34,960 nt of DNA from a virus. Its lineage: Duplodnaviria; Caudoviricetes. Location: the IMG/VR virus record IMGVR_UViG_3300032329_000033, positions 1-34,960 of that record; one strand, given 5' to 3'. Positions 1 to 6,827 of the stretch are shown here, piece after piece. Within the stretch, counting starts at the first letter, position 1; the number at the start of each line of letters is the position of its first letter. A program made the translations under genes and the position numbers. The notes below the pieces were generated by a model. That model searched no databases. It had not been told where the DNA came from and saw only the letters and a program-made list of their open reading frames with translations.

Positions 1-2
1 AC

Positions 3-143
3 TTAGACAACCTGTTGAAGGCAACCCTTGATGGGCTGGCTCACGCTGGCGTATATGAGGATGATTCTCAGATCGTTGACTTGAGAATTTATTGGGCCAA
101 TGACATTGGCGGAATGTTAAAAGTGAAAGTGAGCGAAGTATGA
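3..143 (+). CDS. rusA: RusA-family Holliday junction resolvase, 3' part (5' truncated by window)
   Basis: Frame from nt 3 reads LDNLLKATLDGLAHAGVYEDDSQIVDLRIYW...*. It carries the RusA D-N-x-x-K-x-x-x-D and DDSQI catalytic motifs. Not in the ORF track. Confidence 0.9.
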   Translation, partial: LDNLLKATLDGLAHAGVYEDDSQIVDLRIYWANDIGGMLKVKVSEV

Positions 144-298
144 AACAAGAACCAGAATTGATCGACATCTTTGCAATGCTTGCGATGATGTCAATTTTGA
201 ATAAGGCAGGTAAAGGTGTTTTGCCACAAGACATTGCGCGTTCAGCATATGACTTTGCGGAAGCGATGATTGAAGAACGGGAGGATCGTGATGTTTGA
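140..298 (+). CDS. Small phage hypothetical protein (52 aa)
   Basis: ATGA overlap with rusA stop. MKQEPELIDIFAMLAMMSIL...IARSAYDFAEAMIEER resembles the common phage 'D-x-FA..AM...A..AY..ADAM' mini-protein family. Confidence 0.7.
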   Translation: MKQEPELIDIFAMLAMMSILNKAGKGVLPQDIARSAYDFAEAMIEEREDRDV

Positions 299-410
299 TA
301 TTTGGAACATTATCGTAATGACGTTTGCAATCACTGGCGCATTGTGTTGGTTGTGCATGATTTTGTTAGCTATATTTTTTTGGATGTGCCAACGTCCACC
401 ACAGGAGTAA
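291..410 (+). CDS. Small membrane protein (39 aa)
   Basis: GGAGG upstream, overlaps previous stop. MFDIWNIIVMTFAITGALCWLCMILLAIFFW is one hydrophobic helix. Confidence 0.55.
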   Translation: MFDIWNIIVMTFAITGALCWLCMILLAIFFWMCQRPPQE

Positions 411-413
411 AGC

Positions 414-746
414 ATGAGCGAAGAGAGAGACCCACACAAAGCTGTTGACTACATTTTGACTAACGGCAAGAAGTTTGCCAAGGCAAAGGCAGAGCGCGTA
501 TATATCGAAGAATATCGCAAGTCCCTCAAAGCAATTTTGCAAAAGCGATCAACCGAAACTGCAATCACAGCGCAGGAGCGTGATGCATACGCTCATCCAG
601 AATACCAAGCATTACTTGAAGGGTTGCGCGAGGCGGTCGAAATTGAGGAGCGACTCCGCTGGGATTTGATTGCGGCGCAGGCTGTGGTGGAAATATGGCG
701 AACACAGCAGGCAAACAACAGAGCTGAAGGAAAGGCCACGATGTGA
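414..746 (+). CDS. Conserved phage coiled-coil protein (possibly UvsY-like helical fold)
   Basis: AGGAG RBS; 110 aa, predicted all-helical (AQERDAYAHPEYQALLEGL...WRTQQANNR). Confidence 0.7.
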   Translation: MSEERDPHKAVDYILTNGKKFAKAKAERVYIEEYRKSLKAILQKRSTETAITAQERDAYAHPEYQALLEGLREAVEIEERLRWDLIAAQAVVEIWRTQQANNRAEGKATM

Positions 747-1090
747 ACACCTATCAAAGCGTAGTGATGCACACCACTGGTTGGGTGTTGGTAATGCTTG
801 ATGGGTGGGAGATGCACACTCATTGGATTGCGTTGCTTGGTTTTGTTTTATTGTTTTATTCAATGTGGAGAATTTGCATGAAGACACCAGAAGATGAAGC
901 GTTCGATGAGATAGAGAAAGCGCAGGGCTGGCGCAAGCGGCAGATTATGAGTCTGCGTACCAACATTGAATCATTCGATGAGTGGGATCACAGCCACAGA
1001 CCAGAACAGTATTGGGTTGAGCGTCGCGCATATCTTGCGGGATTTGAAGCTGGTCGCCGTTTTGAACGCACAAAGGAATTAAATGACTGA
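743..1090 (+). CDS. Hypothetical protein with N-terminal hydrophobic segments
   Basis: GTG start overlapping previous stop. An internal GGAG-ATG (MKTPEDEAF, nt 878) may be an alternative start. Confidence 0.6.
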   Translation: MNTYQSVVMHTTGWVLVMLDGWEMHTHWIALLGFVLLFYSMWRICMKTPEDEAFDEIEKAQGWRKRQIMSLRTNIESFDEWDHSHRPEQYWVERRAYLAGFEAGRRFERTKELND

Positions 1091-1232
1091 ACCAAAGACT
1101 TACACCTGCCAAGTGTGCAGGATTCAACCAGCCGTCAAAAAGACCATGAGCAATGGAGGCAAGATGATGTGGCGTTGTCAAACCTGCGCCGACCTCAAGA
1201 ACCGATCTGGATTTACAAAAGGTAAGCAATGA
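1083..1232 (+). CDS. Zinc-ribbon mini-protein (49 aa)
   Basis: MTEPKTYTCQVC...WRCQTCADLK has two CxxC pairs; AAGGA RBS; overlaps neighbours at both ends. Not in the ORF track. Confidence 0.7.
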   Translation: MTEPKTYTCQVCRIQPAVKKTMSNGGKMMWRCQTCADLKNRSGFTKGKQ

Positions 1233-1519
1233 CCACGTTGAAAGAAAAGAAGCACATGAGTGCGGTGGCTGAACTGGGGTGCGCTGTTTGTCGCAGGATG
1301 GGCTATGCGGGCACCCCTGCTGAATTGCACCATCCAAGGCGATTGGCGGGGGGCTGGGGACGTTCTAGCCACATGAGTGTCATACCGCTATGCCCAGAGC
1401 ATCATCGCGGCTCTACGGGCGTTCACGGGCTGGGCACCAAGGGCTTCGAAAAGCACTACGGGTACGACGAAGCCGATTTATTAAAAGAAACATTAGAACT
1501 TTTAGGAGTTGAAGCATGA
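1229..1519 (+). CDS. Ref-family (P1 recombination enhancement, RecA-dependent) HNH nuclease
   Basis: LGCAVC...ELHH...IPLCPEHHRG...GVH...FEKHYG is the Ref/HNH zinc-binding pattern. Confidence 0.8.
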   Translation: MTTLKEKKHMSAVAELGCAVCRRMGYAGTPAELHHPRRLAGGWGRSSHMSVIPLCPEHHRGSTGVHGLGTKGFEKHYGYDEADLLKETLELLGVEA

Positions 1520-2253
1520 GCAAAAGGATTGTGTGTTGGTTTAGCTGTGGGGCCGCAAGCGCCGTTGCCACCAAGCTGGCTATTGCCGAGAACGCAGGCA
1601 AGTTGCCGCTGGTCGTTGCATACACCGAAGTTATCGAGGAACACCCTGACAACAAACGGTTTCTTGCTGAATGTGAGAAGTGGTTTGGTCAAGAAATTTT
1701 GATTCTTGGCAATGACCATTACAAGCGGTCAATCTACGAGACCTTCAAGACCAGCGCGATGAACATCAGGGGCGCGGCTCCATGCACTCGCGTGTTAAAA
1801 AAGCAGGTTCGCCAAAGGTTTGAGCAAGTCGGCGACCGTCAAGTGTTTGGCTATACCGCCGAGGAAGAGCAACGGTACGACCGATTCATTGATGCCAACA
1901 ACGATGTGGATGTCTGGGTTCCGTTGATCGACAAGCGTTTGAACAAGGTCGATTGCTTGGCAATGCTTCAGAACGCAGGAATCGAGTTGCCAGCAATGTA
2001 CAAGCTGGGCTACCTCAACAACAACTGTATTGGATGCGTGAAGGGTGGGATGGGGTATTGGAACAAAATTCGAGAGGACTTCCCTGCCACGTTCGAGCGC
2101 ATGGCGAAGCTGGAGCGATTTAAGAAGCAAACCATTTTCAAAGATCGATACCTCGATGAACTCAAGCCTACCGATGGAAACTATCCGCAGGAGCCAGACA
2201 TCGAATGTTCGATCTTCTGCAAGATGGCGGAAGAGGACATTGTTGCTCAATAG
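1516..2253 (+). CDS. PAPS reductase-like / adenine nucleotide alpha-hydrolase (PP-loop) family protein, Cys-rich
   Basis: WFSCGAASAVA PP-loop, EEHPDNKRF, PCT..LKK, NNNCIGCVKGG, ECSIFC; AGGAG RBS. Confidence 0.75.
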   Translation: MSKRIVCWFSCGAASAVATKLAIAENAGKLPLVVAYTEVIEEHPDNKRFLAECEKWFGQEILILGNDHYKRSIYETFKTSAMNIRGAAPCTRVLKKQVRQRFEQVGDRQVFGYTAEEEQRYDRFIDANNDVDVWVPLIDKRLNKVDCLAMLQNAGIELPAMYKLGYLNNNCIGCVKGGMGYWNKIREDFPATFERMAKLERFKKQTIFKDRYLDELKPTDGNYPQEPDIECSIFCKMAEEDIVAQ

Positions 2254-2257
2254 CAAC

Positions 2258-2324
2258 ATTAGGGTATGTCCTAATAAAATAATTGTTGACAAGGTTTAAG
2301 GTGGTGTTAAACTTCCAATCACTG
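2258..2324 (+). promoter_or_regulatory. Sigma70 promoter P1 with upstream palindrome and operator-like inverted repeat
   Basis: TTGACA (2286-2291), 16-bp spacer, TGn-TAAACT (2308-2313). AT-rich UP tract. ATTAGG-n6-CCTAAT at 2258-2275. GTTTAA-n7-TTAAAC at 2294-2312. Confidence 0.85.
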
Positions 2325-2368
2325 ACCAAGCAATGGTTGCAAGGCAGTAACAGCGAAGGAACAGCGAA

Positions 2369-2653
2369 ATGAACAACGACATCAACTTCAACAGCATCGA
2401 CACTCTCGGTTCACTCTTAGCCCAGATCGCCGACCTTACTAAGCAGGCCGATACCATAAAAGACTCCATCAAAGAGTCCGCCAGCGCAGGCGGTGCCAAA
2501 GTGGTCGAGGGTGCGCTGTTCAAGGCCACCTACATTGAGAGCAATCGTTCTGTGTTCGACAAGGACGCATTCATCAAAGAACATGGAGCCGAGGCATATG
2601 CCAAGTTCACAAAGGTTTCTGCCGTGTTCTCTGTCAAGGTCACCAGCAAGTAA
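2369..2653 (+). CDS. Hypothetical phage protein (94 aa)
   Basis: First gene after P1, with GAAGGA RBS inside the AACAGCGAAGGA motif. Confidence 0.8.
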   Translation: MNNDINFNSIDTLGSLLAQIADLTKQADTIKDSIKESASAGGAKVVEGALFKATYIESNRSVFDKDAFIKEHGAEAYAKFTKVSAVFSVKVTSK

Positions 2654-2660
2654 ATCAACC

Positions 2661-2688
2661 GCCCCTTCGGGGGCTTAACAGCGAAGGA
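2661..2688 (+). promoter_or_regulatory. GC-rich UUCG hairpin followed by AACAGCGAAGGA leader/RBS motif
   Basis: GCCCC-TTCG-GGGGC (2661-2674) with no U-tract, then AACAGCGAAGGA (2677-2688). Confidence 0.65.
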
Positions 2689-2695
2689 GATAGTG

Positions 2696-3073
2696 ATGGG
2701 ATTCTTTTCAAAAACCTGTGCAAAGACGCACCTGCCTGTGGTAGTGGATGTGCTGGGAATTCCCCGGCTTAACCTTGTCGTGGCCTTGATGCCAGACGGT
2801 CGCAAGTTCGAGGGTTCATACGATGGCTACGGTCGCGTCGGTGGTGAGAATGTGTTGGAGTACGACGACGGCAAGTTTGTGTGGCCCAAGGTCAAGTTTG
2901 TACTGCGTGACCACTACAACGGTGAGACCTACGCAGAACTGGGTAACTCAGGCGATGAGAAGGCGCAGGGCTTTTTTATGGACAAGGCGTTTTTGCATTA
3001 CTGCATCATGCACGGGCCATTTAAGAATCGCGCTCAATACACTCGAGCATTCAAAAAATACGCAAACTGGTAA
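2696..3073 (+). CDS. Hypothetical phage protein (125 aa)
   Basis: AAGGAG RBS; MGFFSKTCAKT...FEGSYDGYGRV. Start is ATG 2696 or GTG 2693. Confidence 0.8.
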   Translation: MGFFSKTCAKTHLPVVVDVLGIPRLNLVVALMPDGRKFEGSYDGYGRVGGENVLEYDDGKFVWPKVKFVLRDHYNGETYAELGNSGDEKAQGFFMDKAFLHYCIMHGPFKNRAQYTRAFKKYANW

Positions 3074-3083
3074 GGGGAACACA

Positions 3084-3299
3084 ATGAGCGAGACCACCAT
3101 GTCTGAATACATCAAAGGCTTTGATCACGGTTGCGACTACATCGTCGCTGAGATCGAGCGGTACACCAAGGAGGCCATCGATCCCCACGCCAGCCCGGAC
3201 GCGCTTACGCGAAGAATAAAGTCATCCGTCCTAATTGAGCTTCTCAATCGCCTCAAGATGGAAGGTAAATACGACTTAGGGAAAGTACCTACAAAATAA
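3084..3299 (+). CDS. Hypothetical protein (71 aa)
   Basis: AAGGGG RBS before ATG 3084; it is the 3' part of track ORF 2823..3299. Confidence 0.7.
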   Translation: MSETTMSEYIKGFDHGCDYIVAEIERYTKEAIDPHASPDALTRRIKSSVLIELLNRLKMEGKYDLGKVPTK

Positions 3300-3352
3300 T
3301 TTGAAAAAAAGACTTGACAAGGTTTAAGTTGGTGTTAAACTTCCAATCACTG
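3277..3352 (+). promoter_or_regulatory. Sigma70 promoter P2 (near-identical copy of P1)
   Basis: 3314-3352 matches 2286-2324 at 38/39 nt. TAGG-n7-CCTA at 3277-3291 and an A-tract lie upstream. Confidence 0.85.
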
Positions 3353-3397
3353 CACAACGCAGGACAGCGAAACAACTTAACAGCGAAGGAATTCAAA

Positions 3398-3778
3398 ATG
3401 AACACAACTTACACAGCATATGCCGCATCTGACCTGTACAACGCAGGTTACGCTTGCGACGGTCATCCTTTTATCGCCGAGTGCTTTTATGTCTTGGTCG
3501 AGAACGAGGCTGGTCGCCGCTTCCGCCATGTTGCTATTTTCAACGGCACAGAGCGTTTGGTTTGCGAAGAGACGGGCGACGCCTGCTTCCCTGATTTGCG
3601 CGAAGAGGCATCTGCTAAGGCCGAGCGTTTAGCACAGCGTGTTAACGCCGCTCTGAAGGCTGGTTTAGGTTTGGATTCTGCTTGCTGGGATGAGGTCGAT
3701 CCAGCCTATGGTTCTGACGAGTATGTCGATCAGGGTACAGAAGCCAAGCGTCTTTTCGCAGAGAAGCAAGTCGGTTAA
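3398..3778 (+). CDS. Hypothetical phage protein (126 aa)
   Basis: ATG 3398 follows AACAGCGAAGGA. The track start at 3314 is the TTG of the -35 box and is rejected. Confidence 0.8.
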   Translation: MNTTYTAYAASDLYNAGYACDGHPFIAECFYVLVENEAGRRFRHVAIFNGTERLVCEETGDACFPDLREEASAKAERLAQRVNAALKAGLGLDSACWDEVDPAYGSDEYVDQGTEAKRLFAEKQVG

Positions 3779-3780
3779 TC

Positions 3781-3816
3781 AAAAGGGGGGCCAAGCCCCC
3801 CATCAACAGCGAAGGA
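3781..3816 (+). promoter_or_regulatory. GC hairpin (possible reverse-strand terminator) followed by AACAGCGAAGGA motif
   Basis: AAAA-GGGGGGC-CAA-GCCCCCC (3781-3801), then AACAGCGAAGGA (3805-3816). Confidence 0.6.
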
Positions 3817-3823
3817 GTTCACT

Positions 3824-4072
3824 ATGTCATACATTGCAGAAATCGAGTCCCGTGTTGCAGGCATTCCTTGCCTGATCGGCGTGACCTACTTTGAGAGCGT
3901 ACGCGGCTCCTACTCGTACCACGCCGCCAGCGACATGGACTACCACGGTTACACCGAATGCGAATGGGTGGTGTGCGACCGTCGCGGTCGTCCAGCCCCT
4001 TGGTTGGCAAAGAAGCTAACCAGCAAGATTGAATCAGAGATCGAGCAAGAGATTGCAGAGTATTTCAACTAA
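3824..4072 (+). CDS. Hypothetical phage protein (82 aa)
   Basis: AAGGAG RBS; ...SDMDYHGYTECEWVVCDRRGRPAPWL. Confidence 0.8.
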   Translation: MSYIAEIESRVAGIPCLIGVTYFESVRGSYSYHAASDMDYHGYTECEWVVCDRRGRPAPWLAKKLTSKIESEIEQEIAEYFN

Positions 4073-4106
4073 ACCAAATCATTAACCAAACGAAAGCGAA
4101 TCGATT

Positions 4107-4301
4107 ATGAAAGAAGAAATTGAAACAAGTATTAACACCGAGCATGGTGTGCGCGTGTCGGTCTCTGAGTGGGACGACGGTGGTGCGTGGATGCACCTGC
4201 AAGGCCGCAACGGTAGCATGAGTACAGTGCTGACTCGTGCCGAAGCAGAGAAGCTGTTGGCTGGCCTTCAAGCCATCTTGGCGAAAGAGGTGACAGCATG
4301 A
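4107..4301 (+). CDS. Hypothetical protein (64 aa)
   Basis: Fills the gap in the + strand gene chain; ATGA overlap with the next gene. Confidence 0.7.
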   Translation: MKEEIETSINTEHGVRVSVSEWDDGGAWMHLQGRNGSMSTVLTRAEAEKLLAGLQAILAKEVTA

Positions 4302-4477
4302 ACATGGGCAACCTGATGGATCAATTGGAGGCCGACCTGCTCAAGCAGTTCAAGGCCATCACACCAGAGCAACGCGCCGAGGAAGAGCGCCAGCGCCAAA
4401 TCCAGCGTGACTGGGAAGCACAGCACACAGCCATTGAAACTGAGCAGGAGGACGATGATGAACAAGCAGGAGATTGA
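4298..4477 (+). CDS. Acidic hypothetical protein (59 aa)
   Basis: GAGGTG RBS; MNMGNLMDQLEADLLKQF...EQEDDDEQAGD*. Not in the ORF track. Confidence 0.65.
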   Translation: MNMGNLMDQLEADLLKQFKAITPEQRAEEERQRQIQRDWEAQHTAIETEQEDDDEQAGD

Positions 4478-4676
4478 CGACATGATGAAAGACCTTCCAA
4501 GCCAACAGGTACAGGAAGAGACCTTGATTCAGAAGGTCACAATTGGTATAATGTTCCTACTGTTTTTGGTGTTCTGGATGTGGGTGCCAGACTTCACGCT
4601 GACTGAGGAGGAGTGCAAGATACAAGCGCCGCAGACCGTGCTAATCGGGCTTTGCACCGAACCGAAAGCGAAGTAA
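4455..4676 (+). CDS. Small single-pass membrane protein
   Basis: GGAGG RBS before ATG 4455/4458; hydrophobic helix VTIGIMFLLFLVFWMWV. Confidence 0.65.
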   Translation: MMNKQEIDDMMKDLPSQQVQEETLIQKVTIGIMFLLFLVFWMWVPDFTLTEEECKIQAPQTVLIGLCTEPKAK

Positions 4677-4686
4677 AACCGAATGG

Positions 4687-4712
4687 GTTTCTCGGCCCCA
4701 AAAGCCGAGACC
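4687..4712. promoter_or_regulatory. Intergenic hairpin before the packaging genes
   Basis: TCTCGGC-CCCAAAA-GCCGAGA stem with no clear U-tract. Confidence 0.45.
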
Positions 4713-4775
4713 TCTGGCGAACCATAAGCGAATCGATTACACTGCGATCAATTCGACTTATGGGGAATATGGGTT

Positions 4776-5402
4776 ATGCCAGAAACACCGAAGGGGCCAA
4801 AGAAGCCCGCAAAGACCACTAGAGCGGCACAGGAGGCCGCAAAAGCCATTGGGAAGGCTAAGGTAGCCGCAAAGGCCACGAAGGCTTCTACGCCCGCTAA
4901 AAAGACAGGACGACCAAGCAAGTACGATCCTGAGATTGCTCGTGTGATCTGTGAGCAGTTAAGCGAAGGCATTCCATTACGCCAGATATGCAGAAACAAC
5001 GAAGGCTTTCCTGCGTGGAGGACGGTTTACGATTGGATGGGACGCGACGAAGAGCTTTCCGCATCCATCGCGCGCGCCCGTGACATCGGTTATGACGCAA
5101 TCGCCGAGGAATGTCTCCAGATTGCCGATACGATCCACCTCGGCCAGCGCAAGGTGTACAGCGCAGGCGCAGAGGAGGGTGAGGACAGCGTGACCGTCCA
5201 TGAGGAGGATATGCTCGGCCACCGCAAGCTCCAGATCGAGACTCGGCTCAAGCTCTTGGCGAAGTTCCACCCGACCAAGTACGGTGACAAGCTGGGCCTG
5301 CACGGCGTGGAGGGTGCCGCCCCGATCTCCACCGAGGATGCTACGGCCAGCAAGTTCCTTGAAGTGATCCGCAATATGGAGATGACAAAGCGTGTTGGCT
5401 GA
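4776..5402 (+). CDS. terS: Terminase small subunit (Sf6 gp1-like) with Lys/Ala-rich N-terminal extension
   Basis: GRPSKY...ICEQLSEGIPLRQIC...PAWRTVYDW HTH; RKLQIETRLKLLAK..P.KYGDK; directly upstream of TerL. Confidence 0.9.
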   Translation: MPETPKGPKKPAKTTRAAQEAAKAIGKAKVAAKATKASTPAKKTGRPSKYDPEIARVICEQLSEGIPLRQICRNNEGFPAWRTVYDWMGRDEELSASIARARDIGYDAIAEECLQIADTIHLGQRKVYSAGAEEGEDSVTVHEEDMLGHRKLQIETRLKLLAKFHPTKYGDKLGLHGVEGAAPISTEDATASKFLEVIRNMEMTKRVG

Positions 5403-6825
5403 TCTGTTCGATGAGCAGATGGTGGCCGAGTTCAATACTCTGCCCGAACATAACCGAATCGCTTTTATTGCTCATGCCGAGTGGATAGCGCAGGCGCACT
5501 CGTACCAAATACCGCCTGACCTGCACAGCGATTACCGAGTTTTCTTAATGCTTGCAGGCAGGGGTGCCGGAAAAACTAGGTCGGCCGCCGAGGCTTTGTG
5601 GTGGTGGGCATGGACTCACCCCGGCACAATGAGCGTGGTGCTGGCTCCCACGAGCGGGGACTTAAAGTTCACCTGCTATGAAGGGCCAAGCGGACTGCTC
5701 GCCTGCATCCCCGAAGAATTGGTGGTGGACTACAACAAGCAGGATCACTTGATCAAGCTCTCCAACGGCTCGAAGATCAGGGGCGTGTCTGCTGACTCCT
5801 ACGACCGTCTGCGCGGTATCAACTCCTCCTTCTGCTGGTGTGACGAGTTGGCCGCATTCAACTATCTCGGCCCGAACGAGGCGTGGGACAACATGATGCT
5901 GGGCCTGCGTATCAAGCCCGACAAGCAAGAACACAGCCAGCCCCGTGTGATCGTGACTACGACACCGCGCCCCAAGGACTTGATCCTCGATCTGGTGGGC
6001 AGGGAAGGCGACGATGTGGTGGTCGCCCGCGCCAGCACCTACGACAACGCAGTAAACCTCGACAAAGCGTTCCAGAAGCAGTTGGAGCAGTACAAGGGCA
6101 GTAAGCTGTACGAGCAGGAGGTGCTAGGTCAGATCGTCGATCTTGAGGACGGCAAGGTGGTCAGTCGCGATATGTTCAAGCTGTGGCCTGCTGACAAAGC
6201 CTTCCCCAAGTTTGAGACCATCGTCCAGTCTTACGACTGCGCCTTCACGGACAAAGAACACAACGACCCGACCGCCATGACGACATGGGGCGTGTTCAAG
6301 CCGCTCGATGGCCCGATGTCCGTCCTGCTGATCGACTGCTGGGCAGAACACCTGACGTTCCCCACACTCAAGCCCAAGGTGCTGGAGGAGTGGCGCGTGT
6401 CCTATGGCGAGGGGCGCGATGCCAAGCGCCCAGACTTGATCCTCGTGGAGGAGAAGGCGGCGGGCATCTCCCTAATCCAAGAGTTGCGACAGATGCACCT
6501 GCCTGTCCGTGGCTATAACCCCGGCCGTGCGGACAAGATGCAACGCCTCCAGATCACCGCCAGCATCTTCACGACAGGGCGCGTCTGGTTGCCTGAGTCG
6601 TCCGTCCGTAAAGGGTACGTCAAGGACTGGTGTGAGGGCTTCCTGTCCCAGTTGTGTTCGTTCCCTGACTCGACGCATGACGACTATGTCGATAGCGCAA
6701 CGCAAGCGATTCGGTTATTGAAAGATCAGGGGTGGCTCGACATCAATCCAGAACCAAGGGATAATGACGACGACGACTATCTGGAATACACGCAACCGAA
6801 GCGTGTCAACCCCTATTCGATATAA
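5392..6825 (+). CDS. terL: Terminase large subunit
   Basis: Walker A AGRGAGKT, Walker B WCDE, coupling motif TTTP, nuclease motifs SYDCA and HDDYVDS. Confidence 0.97.
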   Translation: MLADLFDEQMVAEFNTLPEHNRIAFIAHAEWIAQAHSYQIPPDLHSDYRVFLMLAGRGAGKTRSAAEALWWWAWTHPGTMSVVLAPTSGDLKFTCYEGPSGLLACIPEELVVDYNKQDHLIKLSNGSKIRGVSADSYDRLRGINSSFCWCDELAAFNYLGPNEAWDNMMLGLRIKPDKQEHSQPRVIVTTTPRPKDLILDLVGREGDDVVVARASTYDNAVNLDKAFQKQLEQYKGSKLYEQEVLGQIVDLEDGKVVSRDMFKLWPADKAFPKFETIVQSYDCAFTDKEHNDPTAMTTWGVFKPLDGPMSVLLIDCWAEHLTFPTLKPKVLEEWRVSYGEGRDAKRPDLILVEEKAAGISLIQELRQMHLPVRGYNPGRADKMQRLQITASIFTTGRVWLPESSVRKGYVKDWCEGFLSQLCSFPDSTHDDYVDSATQAIRLLKDQGWLDINPEPRDNDDDDYLEYTQPKRVNPYSI

Positions 6826-6827
6826 AC

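Noticed and set aside
2823-3083. 5' extension of track ORF 2823..3299
   Set aside because: It overlaps gene 2696..3073 out of frame; the RBS supports a start at 3084.
3314-3397. TTG start for the 154-aa ORF
   Set aside because: The TTG is the -35 hexamer of promoter P2; the RBS-supported start is 3398.
2286-3816. Repeats as a CRISPR or mini-CRISPR array
   Set aside because: The repeats are separated by whole genes with irregular spacing and are explained by promoter/RBS function; no cas genes are present.
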